Shown: one piece after another, positions 1 through 9,525 of the stretch
Layout of the letters: each line of letters begins with the position of its first letter
Position numbering within the stretch: the stretch's first letter is position 1
DNA from: a virus
Length of the DNA: 64,000 nt
Virus record (IMG/VR): IMGVR_UViG_3300045988_109025
Coordinates: 16,804-80,803 of that record
Reading direction: 5' to 3' (one strand)
The notes under the pieces: generated by a model
Told to the model about the DNA's origin: nothing
Database searches by the model: none
The model's input: the letters and a program-made list of their open reading frames with translations, nothing else
Made by a program: the position numbers and the translations under genes

Positions 1-2615
1 CCATCCTTTTTCGACATATCCTTTACAAAGCCAGAAAGCATTTTCCAAGATGCCATAAAACTGTTTCCGATTAAGTTTCCAAGACCTGTCCAGTCAATTT
101 CCTTTATAGCTCCTTTTAAAAGTTGAGACAGTTTTGCCCCTATTCCAGAAAAATCTATTCCTCCATCTCCAAGCAACAGGTTTAGAGTATTTACTGCTGT
201 GTTAATTCCAGCTCCAAGCAATCTTCCCATTAAGTCAAAATCTATGCCGCTAACCATGGAATTGAATGCCGTGGTAAATGCATTTACAAATTCGGTTATT
301 TTCGGGCCAACATTATTCCAATTAATAACTTCGTATATTTTTTGCATTCCAACATTTATCATATCTGCAATAGTAAAGCCTAGTCCCTTCCAGTCTTTAT
401 TGATAAATGCTTTTCTGATTTTAGCAGCCCATTTATTGATTGGTGTTTCGTCAACAGTCAAAACTTCATCCAGTGAATCTTGTATTCCAGAAAAACTATC
501 TGCTAAATCTCCAAGTCCAGAACCAAGACTTTTAGATGCAGTTCCAGAATTATCGGAATTATCTGTAAGCTGATTTAATTGGTCGAATGGCAATACAGAA
601 AGTGCCTTTTTTAATTTCTTGGCAGATGATGTAGCGTCATCAAGCCCGGAGGAAGCATCGTCGCCAGCTGTTTCTATACCACCTAAGTTAGATACAATAT
701 CACTAACTCCGCTCTGCGAGCCTTTTAGTTTCTTTCCCATCAATACATACATGAAGTTACGGAACACATTCGCAGCTTGCATAAGTTTTGACATAAGGGC
801 ATTGATAGCCTGGATAGCAGGAAGAATGCCAGCAATTACTCCTTGTCCGATCACTGCAGAAAGAGACTGAAAATTAAGGGTAAGCAATCTAACTTGGTTC
901 GCCCATGTTCCGGATGTACGAGCAAAATCTCCCTGCATATCGCTAGTTACGGACATTAAGTAATTGTATCTGATGGTTGCTTTTTCAGCCTGTGTCATAG
1001 CATTATAGGAAGTTGTGATTCCCTGTGAAAGGGCATATGCTTCCATATTTGCCACAGACATATTGATACCAAGTTGTCTTAACGGTTCAATTTCTCCAGA
1101 TATTCCAGCCCTAATTTTTTGGAATGCTACATCCGTGTCTAAGTTAAAGAATGAAGCCATATCTCCTGCAAGACCAGCTAAAGTAATTGACATATCAGAA
1201 GCTGCGTTTTGTGCAACGCCTGATGATTTCAGCATAGCCATCATGGTTCCAGAATAGGTTTTTGCCGCCAATTCTGATAATCCAAATTGTTCTTTTGCTG
1301 TGGATGCAAATTGATAAGCTTTATCAGACATGCTGCCAAACGCAACATCTACAACGTTTTCAACCTCTGTAATTTGAGAGCCTAAATCAACTGCGCTTCT
1401 TCCAAAGTCAACAAGACCTTGGATTGCCTTAAATCCAATTGCAGTTTTAAAGAGTGCGCTCAGATTAAAGGATGCAGTTTTCAGTCCAGAGCTACCGCTT
1501 CCAAGACGCTGAAACCCACCAATGATAGTTTTTATGCCACCACCAATTTTAGAAGCAGTTTTACTTACAAGATTTCCAAGACTCAATGTACCAGATGATA
1601 ATTTTGAAAAAGCACTGGATATGGAATTTGTTGCAGTATTCACCTTGCCGCCAGCACTTGCCAACTGCGCCAGTGCTTCCGTCATGCGGATGGTATTCTC
1701 ACTGATTTTTGGAGCATTTTCCATTACTTTGAAAAACTTCTTTGTTTCTTGCGCCAGATTTTGCAATTGTCCAGCGGTCTGGCTAGTCTTGTTTCCAGCA
1801 CTTGCCAGTCTTCCGATGGATTGTACAAATAAATTAGTTGGTTCGGAAACATCCCCCACTCTGGACAGCGTTTTTATCACAGATTTTAATTGTTTTCCAA
1901 GCCCAGGAAGTGCAACTTCTACCTGTTTTGCCTTATCACCAGCATTTACAAGTTTTTGCAAAGAAGAAACAAAACGGTTGGTGCTGGAAGATACATCTGG
2001 GAGATCAGAAAAGCTTTTCATGGAATTTGCAATTTTATCCAAAGTGGTTGTGTCAAAATTATCCGTTTTGACTTCCATTAGCCTTTTGACTGCATTAATT
2101 CCTTGGATTACTTTTGAACCACTAAAATCAACAGTATTAAGAACAGACATAGAGTGTGCCACTTTCTGTATACTGTTAATTGTTTGCTGTGCATTTGAAG
2201 AATCAACTTTTCCAAGCTTTTCAATAGCTTTTGTTACTGAATTAATATTTTTAGTATCTATTTTGGGTACAGAAATATTCTGTAAACCGCTGATAGACAA
2301 TAAACCAGACGCAAAATCTTTAAGTGATTTCCCGCTTCCATCCAATGCTGAAAAATTTACACGTGATATGCTGGTGAGTTGCTTTGTAAGACCACCAAGA
2401 TTAGGTAAGGAAACTCTAACACCATTTAATGTTTTTATGGATGCAGATACTCTTCCTATTTCTCTGGCATAATGGCGCAATCCACCTGTATTCAGATTCT
2501 TAAATGAACTGTTTACGTTCAAAAGTTTTCTTGATAAGTTCTCAAGTGACCGAACAGCTTTTGCCGTACTACTTCTAACCTGTAAATCAAGGGTATCAAT
2601 GGTGTTATCCGCCAT
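1..2615 (-). CDS. tail tape measure protein (partial; C-terminus lies beyond window start)
   Basis: Minus-strand ATG at 2615 is preceded by a GGAGGG RBS. The frame stays open to position 1, so it has no stop and is absent from the ORF track. N-terminus MADNTIDTLDLQVRSSTAKAVRSLENLSRKLLNVNSSFKNLNTGGLRHYAREIGR. It lies directly downstream of the chaperone pair, the canonical tape-measure position. Confidence 0.8.
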   Translation of the reverse strand, partial: MADNTIDTLDLQVRSSTAKAVRSLENLSRKLLNVNSSFKNLNTGGLRHYAREIGRVSASIKTLNGVRVSLPNLGGLTKQLTSISRVNFSALDGSGKSLKDFASGLLSISGLQNISVPKIDTKNINSVTKAIEKLGKVDSSNAQQTINSIQKVAHSMSVLNTVDFSGSKVIQGINAVKRLMEVKTDNFDTTTLDKIANSMKSFSDLPDVSSSTNRFVSSLQKLVNAGDKAKQVEVALPGLGKQLKSVIKTLSRVGDVSEPTNLFVQSIGRLASAGNKTSQTAGQLQNLAQETKKFFKVMENAPKISENTIRMTEALAQLASAGGKVNTATNSISSAFSKLSSGTLSLGNLVSKTASKIGGGIKTIIGGFQRLGSGSSGLKTASFNLSALFKTAIGFKAIQGLVDFGRSAVDLGSQITEVENVVDVAFGSMSDKAYQFASTAKEQFGLSELAAKTYSGTMMAMLKSSGVAQNAASDMSITLAGLAGDMASFFNLDTDVAFQKIRAGISGEIEPLRQLGINMSVANMEAYALSQGITTSYNAMTQAEKATIRYNYLMSVTSDMQGDFARTSGTWANQVRLLTLNFQSLSAVIGQGVIAGILPAIQAINALMSKLMQAANVFRNFMYVLMGKKLKGSQSGVSDIVSNLGGIETAGDDASSGLDDATSSAKKLKKALSVLPFDQLNQLTDNSDNSGTASKSLGSGLGDLADSFSGIQDSLDEVLTVDETPINKWAAKIRKAFINKDWKGLGFTIADMINVGMQKIYEVINWNNVGPKITEFVNAFTTAFNSMVSGIDFDLMGRLLGAGINTAVNTLNLLLGDGGIDFSGIGAKLSQLLKGAIKEIDWTGLGNLIGNSFMASWKMLSGFVKDMSKKD

Positions 2616-2662
2616 TTTCAATTTCCCTCCTTTTTGCATAAAAAAATAAAGGGCAGACAAGA

Positions 2663-3019
2663 CTAATCATCCTGCCTGCCCTCTTCGTTACCTATCTCGT
2701 CAAGTTTCGCATTTGCTTGTTTTACAAGAAGCTCAAAGTATCTTTCTTCTTGCTTTAATTCCTCTTCTGTTTTTTCATCATAAATCTTTTCTGGAAGCAA
2801 TTCTTTTTTATCATCACTTCCAAATGGCTTTTTGGGGTATGAAACCTTGGAAGAAAGTGCACTTGCTATAGCAATTTGAACATACGCACCAGAAACCCAG
2901 GATTGATAATCAATCAATTTGCTCTTCTGATTAATTTCATCTTCTTTTTGGTTTCTCCAAGCTTTTAATCGAAGTTGAAACTCTTTTATGGTGCAATGCA
3001 AAAAATCACGTTTACTCAT
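2663..3019 (-). CDS. tail assembly chaperone, -1-frame (gpT-like) segment
   Basis: The ORF is in the -1 frame relative to 3058..3528. By manual translation that frame is open upstream to 3163, overlapping the 3' end of the upstream ORF. It sits between the chaperone and the tape measure. Confidence 0.6.
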   Translation of the reverse strand: MSKRDFLHCTIKEFQLRLKAWRNQKEDEINQKSKLIDYQSWVSGAYVQIAIASALSSKVSYPKKPFGSDDKKELLPEKIYDEKTEEELKQEERYFELLVKQANAKLDEIGNEEGRQDD

Positions 3020-3057
3020 GCCAATTCTTACAGCTTCTGGATAAAGTTCACCCCAAA

Positions 3058-3528
3058 TTACTTCTCGGTAGCTTTTTTCTGCGGATTTACTGATTTCTTC
3101 TTTGTTTTGGAACTCTTGAACACTTCGTCCAGAAATGTCCCGATTCCGGTCAGATTGAAAAAATCATCTTCCTCCATCTGTTCAATGCAAAGTTCAAGAA
3201 CTCCGTAGAAATTTCCAGTTTCATCACCAGAATGTTCGCGAAGATAACTTGCAAGAAGTCTTTTAGCTGCCGCAATGTTCGGAACTTTCCCATCTCCATC
3301 TGGATGATCTCCGTGATGTTCCATGAGTCCGGCATAAAATACTGTAAGTGTAGTCTGTGGAATATTGGAAACTCCGGCTATAATTTTAGAAACATCTTTT
3401 TCATCAGATGCCAGTGCGAGTGAAGAAAATAATTCAGCTGTTCCCTTAACACAATCAGCATATAGAGATGCCTCAATTGTGTATTCTAGTTTATAGTCAT
3501 TTCCACCAATAGTTAATGTTTTATACAT
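3058..3528 (-). CDS. tail assembly chaperone (gpG-like)
   Basis: 156-aa acidic ORF between the major tail protein and the tape measure. It has a Lys-rich C-terminus that contains an A6 run. Confidence 0.65.
   Translation of the reverse strand: MYKTLTIGGNDYKLEYTIEASLYADCVKGTAELFSSLALASDEKDVSKIIAGVSNIPQTTLTVFYAGLMEHHGDHPDGDGKVPNIAAAKRLLASYLREHSGDETGNFYGVLELCIEQMEEDDFFNLTGIGTFLDEVFKSSKTKKKSVNPQKKATEK
3070..3081 (-). promoter_or_regulatory. candidate -1 programmed frameshift site (CAG AAA AAA GCT)
   Basis: A6 run (plus-strand T6 at 3073-3078) lies 5 codons before the gpG-like stop. The -1 frame reads GAA AAA AGC and continues open into 2663..3019. Confidence 0.4.
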
Positions 3529-3549
3529 GGCCTATCCTCCCAATAATAA

Positions 3550-4041
3550 TTACTCTTCCTCTGTTGGCTTAATCGCGGTATCAGCACCAACATACTCATT
3601 GATAGTCAGAGACATGGAAACTGTAAGAAGTCCGTTCTGGTCTCTGGCTGGTTTTGGAATCTTTGTTGGTGGCTCAATTTTGGTAAAAAATGCCTTTTGA
3701 AGAGAAGGGAAATACTCTTCATACCACATTGATAAGCCAGATTCCTTTCCAGTTTTGTATGCAGCAATAAGTTTTTCCCACTCATCAATTGTTTCGTCTG
3801 TAACGTTTACTGTTACATTGAATGTTCCACCTGTAGAACCACGTCCAGCAATTGTTCTTTCAATTTCGTCTTCCAGTGCAGACGCATCAATCGTCTCTAC
3901 ATCAATGGTAATTTCGTCAGAAGCGTTGATTCTGTGAAGCATTATAAATTTTGCAGGCTTAGTACCAGCCACTGTTTCAACGGCATATCCAGTAAGAGAA
4001 CCAACTGTAGATACACCAGCAATATTGCCTTTTTCTGCCAT
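3550..4041 (-). CDS. major tail protein
   Basis: The track ORF is 3550..4068. The internal ATG at 4041 (MAEKGNIAGV...) has an AAGGAG RBS. The size (~163 aa), sequence character and position upstream of the chaperones fit a siphovirus tail tube protein. Confidence 0.7.
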   Translation of the reverse strand: MAEKGNIAGVSTVGSLTGYAVETVAGTKPAKFIMLHRINASDEITIDVETIDASALEDEIERTIAGRGSTGGTFNVTVNVTDETIDEWEKLIAAYKTGKESGLSMWYEEYFPSLQKAFFTKIEPPTKIPKPARDQNGLLTVSMSLTINEYVGADTAIKPTEEE

Positions 4042-4136
4042 TGCTATATCTCCTTTTCTTTCTATCAAACTATAAACTGGCTCTATGACTCTCTTGCACG
4101 TAACCCTGTGCCGGGAGATAGCGGATCACCGCCTTT

Positions 4137-4430
4137 CTACTCTTCTTTTCCAGACTGCTTAATAAGCTGATTTACATAAGTACTTAATCCGGCAACGATA
4201 ACGCCTTGTGTAATTGCGGTAAACAGTGCCATTGCAGCTTCCTGTGAACCGGAAACTGTAGATGTTGCAAAAACATAAAGACCGCAAATTAATACACCAA
4301 GAATTCCTAAAATCATTGGAATAAATTTGTCAGAAATATTCTCTGACTTTTTAATCATTTCTCCGATAAAATAAAGAAATACAACGACAATAAGTAATTC
4401 TGGCTTTACATAACTTAAAATCTGATCCAT
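4137..4430 (-). CDS. holin-family small membrane protein
   Basis: 97 aa with 2-3 hydrophobic helices (LLIVVVFLYFIG, IPMILGILGVLICGLYVF, ITQGVIVAGLSTY) and a charged C-tail (NQLIKQSGKEE). This pattern resembles Gram-positive phage holins. GAGGTGA RBS. Confidence 0.55.
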   Translation of the reverse strand: MDQILSYVKPELLIVVVFLYFIGEMIKKSENISDKFIPMILGILGVLICGLYVFATSTVSGSQEAAMALFTAITQGVIVAGLSTYVNQLIKQSGKEE

Positions 4431-4488
4431 AATCTCACCTCGCTTTCGTTTTAGGCATAAAAAAAGAACGTCTATGCGTTCATTTGGT

Positions 4489-4890
4489 TTAAAGTAATTT
4501 TCCTGTATATATCCGGCTGTATCGGCTCACAAGCTTTTTGATTCCACTGTCACCAAAAAACATAGGTTCCGGTCCGTATGTACGGCGAAACCCCATGCTT
4601 ACCATAGCTTTGTGACTTATCTTATCCAATTCATACACTCTGGTTAATGCTTTGCTCCCAGATGTGAAGCAATTTACTTGAAATGATGGCATTGTTGCGC
4701 ATTCATCTCCTTCAAGGTCACCTCTCGTAATTGGATTTCCAAGCATATAAAGCTGTGCATATGCTTTTTTACCGGAAGCATTTGTTTCACTACCATCCAT
4801 GGAATAATTGTCTGCACCAGTAATCTTAGAAACAGCCGCTCCCCATTTTGAAAAAACTTCCAGTACAGGAGATTCTATTGTGTCTGGCAT
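4489..4890 (-). CDS. putative tail completion/terminator protein
   Basis: The track ORF is 4489..4944. The ATG at 4890 (MPDTIESPV...) has a GAGGTGA RBS. The call rests on its position just upstream of the tail tube gene. Confidence 0.45.
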   Translation of the reverse strand: MPDTIESPVLEVFSKWGAAVSKITGADNYSMDGSETNASGKKAYAQLYMLGNPITRGDLEGDECATMPSFQVNCFTSGSKALTRVYELDKISHKAMVSMGFRRTYGPEPMFFGDSGIKKLVSRYSRIYTGKLL

Positions 4891-5016
4891 ATCTGTCACC
4901 TCACAATAAAAAATGCGCCCACCTTCATAGTGAACGCATTGCATATCTTGCTACAATTTAACACTGTAATCATAACATAATTGGTTGGTATCATTCAGTA
5001 TATTATGGTATCTTCT

Positions 5017-5532
5017 TTAGGAAGAGAATACCTCTTTGGCAATTTTGCGGATATTCTGAATGATTTCTACACTTGCTTTATACATTGGCATTGTAGCTTC
5101 TGTACCGTAAGAACGTACCCATTCGCCTGAATCAGAAACATATACCCAGGAATCGTTTTTTCCTTTTCCTTGTCCGTAAGAACCGATTGTATAACCAAAT
5201 TCTTCTCCTTTTGGATGCGGACTAGAACCGACTGCACCATTGTAGTGAATACCTGCACCGAACTCTATAAACAAAAGGTCTATTCCTTCACATATTAAAT
5301 GAGCTTCCGCATAGTTTCCAAAACTGTTAATTTTGATGTAAGTATTGTGGTTCTTATCAGAATCGCCTTGTGCTGCAAAAATATTTTGGTCAATAACTGG
5401 AATCCCTAATTCACATAATCTTTTTATGAAAATTTCATTTTTGTTCCTTAAAGATTTTTGATATTTTTTTATTTCATCAATAGCATTCCGGATTGATTTC
5501 TGTGATAAGGTACACTTTATTGTCTTACCCAT
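5017..5532 (-). CDS. HK97 gp10-like head-tail joining protein
   Basis: The track ORF is 5017..5568. The ATG at 5532 (MGKTIKCTL...) overlaps the upstream stop. The motif LLFIEFGAGIHY resembles the xEFGT motif of the gp10 family. Confidence 0.5.
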   Translation of the reverse strand: MGKTIKCTLSQKSIRNAIDEIKKYQKSLRNKNEIFIKRLCELGIPVIDQNIFAAQGDSDKNHNTYIKINSFGNYAEAHLICEGIDLLFIEFGAGIHYNGAVGSSPHPKGEEFGYTIGSYGQGKGKNDSWVYVSDSGEWVRSYGTEATMPMYKASVEIIQNIRKIAKEVFSS

Positions 5533-5917
5533 CTTCGTTTCCCTTCTTAGAAATTCCGTATCTGGCAATATTGCCTTTTTGTGTGTCTAAAATCTTCTTT
5601 AGTGTGTAGTCTGGTAATACTGTGGGTTCTCCATCTTTGTTCAAAATAAGGTTCCCATCCTCGCTTATTTGTGGGATTCTATCTATCCAAAATATGTCCG
5701 CTTCCTGTGGATGGAAATTTCGATTAAAGCTTGTAATGTATCTGTCATAATCTGGCACTATTCCGGCTGCAATTTCTTCTGGTGTTCCGGCTGTAGATGA
5801 TACAGAAAAAGAGTATAGAACTGGTTTCTCATAAACTTTAATACGGTCTAATCCTTCTGTTTTTTCAGTAATTCGTGACCAATATACTTTTTGCTTTTGA
5901 CGGACTAATCCTCTCAT
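5525..5917 (-). CDS. putative head-tail adaptor/closure protein
   Basis: 130-aa ORF translationally coupled to the gp10-like gene. The call is by position only. Confidence 0.4.
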   Translation of the reverse strand: MRGLVRQKQKVYWSRITEKTEGLDRIKVYEKPVLYSFSVSSTAGTPEEIAAGIVPDYDRYITSFNRNFHPQEADIFWIDRIPQISEDGNLILNKDGEPTVLPDYTLKKILDTQKGNIARYGISKKGNEDG

Positions 5918-5969
5918 ATTTCCCCTCTTTCTTAAATTTGGTTGCTTAACTAAAGCCCTCTTTAGTTAA

Positions 5970-8798
5970 TTAACTGTATCTCTTAAAAAACTGAATCACT
6001 TCAACGTATGCAAGAGGTACATTGTAATGTGTTACCCCACAAAAAGTACTTATTTCATTAACTTTCAATGCGTTTTCATCATTATCTACAGAGTGATGCC
6101 CTCCGGTTCCATTCGGCATGGTTCTTAATTCTCCAACACATCCACCATTTTTCAATGACTGAATATATCCTTTGCTCATTTCATACGATACTGTGGTGTC
6201 GTCTGGCGCAATAAATATTTTTGTTGGGACAATGCAATATCTATTTTGCGTTGCCATTTTCTTGCCTTGCGCATTATAATCTCCGCTAATAGGGTATTCG
6301 ACCATTTCTGATGCAGAAATGCCAATTACTCCTCTCCAAGCTGGATTGTGACCCAACAGCTTATAAGCATTATCACGAATATACTGCTTATACTCGTCTG
6401 TTTTTTTATATAATCTCTCTGTTGCTTTATCGTATGGTGTATCAAGCACCCCATTACTGTCAACCGAAAAGCCTAAATCGTCTGCATTATTTTTTCTTTC
6501 ATTTGGATAATATCCCAATCCGTCACAAAGCATATCAAGCTCCGGGGCTAGTGGACAACAAGCCTTGATATGCAAATCGTTTTCGTAACACATATTAATA
6601 GCTTGCAACCCCCCAAGAGATTTTGAAATGACGTAAATTCTGTTTATATCTATGTTGTAATTTGCACAAGCCCATTTGATACCTTGCTTAATTGCAGCCA
6701 TATTAGTGGGATTCCCCCACTGACAACTACCTGTAGTAGTATACTTAGATGTATTGCCATTGATATCAATGATAGCAAATCCTTCATCTTGCAAATACTG
6801 AATATAATCCATATAATACTTTGAAAATTCCGTATCATTTCTATCAAGATAATCACCACTTCCATGTGCAAAATAAATAAGTGGTACTTTATCTCCTACC
6901 GATGAATAATTTGGAGGCAACCTTAATAATGCTCCAGTATAATATGGTTTTGTGTCCACTTCAACATTTGAACCGTCATAATCCAAACCTTTATTCCCAT
7001 AAAATTGAAAAGTGAAAGGCAATGTATCGTATCCATCTCTTTCATTATATGAGAAATCAATTTCCCTTAAATTTTCAAATTTAATACTACCAGTCCAGTT
7101 TGTGTTATGGTCAGATGCAAATTTTACATAACGCGTTCTTGCATCTATAAGATACGAGGAATTGTTTGTCAAAACTGTATTTTTGATAAACTCTTTATTG
7201 GTGTTATACTCATAACAAAGTAAGCTTCCCTCAAAAGATGGAGTATAAGTTGTATCAACATTGACTTTAATAAATTTCGGTGTGACTTTTTTATAAGTAG
7301 ACCTTTCATATTTTCCAGAATCATCAAGTGTACCAAAATCAAGAATTGTTTTCAGTGACAATACACAACTTTCTGACAGATTATCATTAATATCTGCAAT
7401 AGTAGCCAACTCGGTTTTTGCTACAATATTGAAATAACGAGAATCAATGTTAACAGTTTTTGTTGTAAATCTTACATATATAGAATCAGATGGAATTTTT
7501 AAGTAACTATTGTTCTTGATATCGACCCTTCTTAAGAACGTTCGATTTGCATCATACAGATACATATACATGACAGCACTGGCGTTATTAACAGTATATT
7601 TTCCGCCGTTAATAAGTTTATAATAAATATATCCTGTTGCCGAAAATAATGGGTCATTAATTTCAGTTCCATTGTCGTCCAGTGTTTTTTCAGAAACAAA
7701 CAAAGTCAAAACATCGGTTGTTATCGAAAGTTCTGGAGTAATATTTGCAATCGAATCGAATCTATCATTTAATTCTTCATTGCTAACAATTTTATATTTG
7801 ATGTAAAATTTATTTTCATTTGATAACTTTGAATTTAATCTTACATATCTTGTTTCAGCATTTAATTGAATCAAGGAGTTTTCGGAATACTTCTTTATCG
7901 AAATGAATGTATTGTCTTGTTTATATTGTGCGATATACACGGAAACGCCACTTTCCATAATAACAATATAATTCTTTGACACATATTTGACATCAATTAA
8001 ATCTGTTACTCCATAAGTTGAACTTGGCGCAATGGAACCATCATCAGATATATCACCACTTTTCATAGCAAAAGTATTTCTTTTTTCTTTAGCGGCTATA
8101 TCATCTAAATCTTCCTTTAGCGAACCAATAGCTTCTCCCGTTGCTTTTGCTTCTGCAAGCCCGCCTTCTATAGTCAATGTAGTGTCTGGCTGTGATACAC
8201 TCTGGATGTCCTTAATAGCTTGTTCTTTTGCAGAATTTACATTTTGAATAGCTTCCGCAGATGTGTTTTTAGTAAGCTCCAAAAGCTGATTTATAACATC
8301 TTTTTCTTCCTGTCCTATCTGTGGTTGATCAATCTCGATACCCTCTAGCACTGGTACTTCCGCTATTGCGGTATTCCATTCAACACTAATATTTGAATCG
8401 GAATCCGTTTTAACAGCGCAAACAATAAAACGTACCGTTCCCATATACCTTGCTGCATTTCTTCCAATAAGCCAAGAAAAAGTTACATTTTCGCCATCTA
8501 CAGCTACATCATCACAAATGTATTGGTCTTTGATGGAAACATTAAAATCCACACTGCTTACGTTTTCGAAGTTAATTCTGACTGAAAATTTGGATAAATC
8601 AAGATTATCTCCTACAATTTTGGGACATGAAAATTTAATACGTTCTGCATTTTTGTCAGATTGTACCCCACCAACTACGATTGTAGAGGGCACGAAAATA
8701 ACCCTTGTCTTAGCATCAATTGTGCATATATCGGATTCTTCAGAAAGCAAATTAACATCTTCTTTTGTGCTCATAAGTAAATCAAGTGCTGTTGCCAT
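5970..8798 (-). CDS. fibre-like protein with three internal ~100-aa repeats and a C-terminal alpha/beta-hydrolase (esterase-like) domain
   Basis: 942 aa. The N-terminal ~150 aa resemble BppU-N/prophage tail-fibre N-terminal domains. aa ~160-240 look like a coiled coil. Three repeats end in RYVRLNS / IYVRFTT / RYVKFAS (aa ~243-575). The C-terminal ~320 aa carry HGSGDY, a nucleophile elbow VISKSLGG and GGHHS near the end. Confidence 0.65.
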   Translation of the reverse strand: MATALDLLMSTKEDVNLLSEESDICTIDAKTRVIFVPSTIVVGGVQSDKNAERIKFSCPKIVGDNLDLSKFSVRINFENVSSVDFNVSIKDQYICDDVAVDGENVTFSWLIGRNAARYMGTVRFIVCAVKTDSDSNISVEWNTAIAEVPVLEGIEIDQPQIGQEEKDVINQLLELTKNTSAEAIQNVNSAKEQAIKDIQSVSQPDTTLTIEGGLAEAKATGEAIGSLKEDLDDIAAKEKRNTFAMKSGDISDDGSIAPSSTYGVTDLIDVKYVSKNYIVIMESGVSVYIAQYKQDNTFISIKKYSENSLIQLNAETRYVRLNSKLSNENKFYIKYKIVSNEELNDRFDSIANITPELSITTDVLTLFVSEKTLDDNGTEINDPLFSATGYIYYKLINGGKYTVNNASAVMYMYLYDANRTFLRRVDIKNNSYLKIPSDSIYVRFTTKTVNIDSRYFNIVAKTELATIADINDNLSESCVLSLKTILDFGTLDDSGKYERSTYKKVTPKFIKVNVDTTYTPSFEGSLLCYEYNTNKEFIKNTVLTNNSSYLIDARTRYVKFASDHNTNWTGSIKFENLREIDFSYNERDGYDTLPFTFQFYGNKGLDYDGSNVEVDTKPYYTGALLRLPPNYSSVGDKVPLIYFAHGSGDYLDRNDTEFSKYYMDYIQYLQDEGFAIIDINGNTSKYTTTGSCQWGNPTNMAAIKQGIKWACANYNIDINRIYVISKSLGGLQAINMCYENDLHIKACCPLAPELDMLCDGLGYYPNERKNNADDLGFSVDSNGVLDTPYDKATERLYKKTDEYKQYIRDNAYKLLGHNPAWRGVIGISASEMVEYPISGDYNAQGKKMATQNRYCIVPTKIFIAPDDTTVSYEMSKGYIQSLKNGGCVGELRTMPNGTGGHHSVDNDENALKVNEISTFCGVTHYNVPLAYVEVIQFFKRYS

Positions 8799-8801
8799 GT
8801 T

Positions 8802-9119
8802 CTACCCCCTCTGTGATACTTTGGTTTTACCAGTAGTTATAATGTATTTTCCGTTATCTTTTACGCCAGTGACAGATACAGAAAAATAATCCCAAGTAAG
8901 GGATTCTGGCGGAATTTCACATTGATTGTTTTTCAGTATTACTGGGTATTCTCTTTCCATTCTCCAAAATGAAGCAGCTGTTTTACATCCGTTCCACTCT
9001 GGTGAAAAGATAAACAATGCTTTAAGATATCCAGTCGTGCCCTTTACCAGTCCAGAGAAATCACACTTGGGATCTGGATAAATTCTTTGATTATTTACAA
9101 TAAATCTTAATACTCTCAT
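8802..9119 (-). CDS. small fibre-associated protein (hypothetical)
   Basis: The track ORF is 8802..9311. The ATG at 9119 overlaps the upstream TGA (ATGA coupling). The 105-aa MRVLRFIVNNQRIYPDP...GYLKALFIFSPEWNG resembles N-terminal parts of Gram-positive prophage fibre proteins. Confidence 0.45.
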   Translation of the reverse strand: MRVLRFIVNNQRIYPDPKCDFSGLVKGTTGYLKALFIFSPEWNGCKTAASFWRMEREYPVILKNNQCEIPPESLTWDYFSVSVTGVKDNGKYIITTGKTKVSQRG

Positions 9120-9502
9120 GCAATCATCCTTTCTGCTCCAACAGGTGCTACATATGTGAATTGGTTTCCCAAAATATCTCTGGCTGTTCCAATCACGAAA
9201 TGGCCGTAGTCTGCCAGAATATTGCATACAAATTCCTCTGCATCCACCCAGTATCGTTTCTTGACCATGCGATGAAGTTCTGGTAATAGACCATAACTGA
9301 ACATTACGCAATGCCCTAATTCGTGGATAAATACACGGTTCAGAAGTTCTCCATGCAGGTTGTTTGCAATCGAAATAACACCAGTAGAATAATCAGATAC
9401 AGCAAGTGTTCTATTTCCTGTACGGTCAATCAAAACATTATCATTGGGAGAAACAAAGCGCACTCTCCATAAGTCCCCATTCATATAGAATTGTTTCAGC
9501 AT
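9116..9502 (-). CDS. small HExxH zinc-metallopeptidase-like protein (ImmA/SprT-like)
   Basis: 128 aa with FIHELGHCVMF (HExxH) preceded by ISIANNLHGELLNR, a context resembling the M78/SprT-type motif. Confidence 0.55.
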   Translation of the reverse strand: MLKQFYMNGDLWRVRFVSPNDNVLIDRTGNRTLAVSDYSTGVISIANNLHGELLNRVFIHELGHCVMFSYGLLPELHRMVKKRYWVDAEEFVCNILADYGHFVIGTARDILGNQFTYVAPVGAERMIA

Positions 9503-9525
9503 GGTTTCTCACCATCCTTTCTACG

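Noticed and set aside
1522-2472. Long plus-strand ORFs (for example 1522..2472, 199..573, 619..870) opposite the tape-measure gene.
   Set aside because: They are antisense to an uninterrupted minus-strand frame with a good RBS and a tape-measure-like N-terminus. Their products are low-complexity F/L/S-rich with no RBS. The same reasoning applies to 20251..20955, 13563..14129, 14569..15072, 37058..37660 and 55085..55921.
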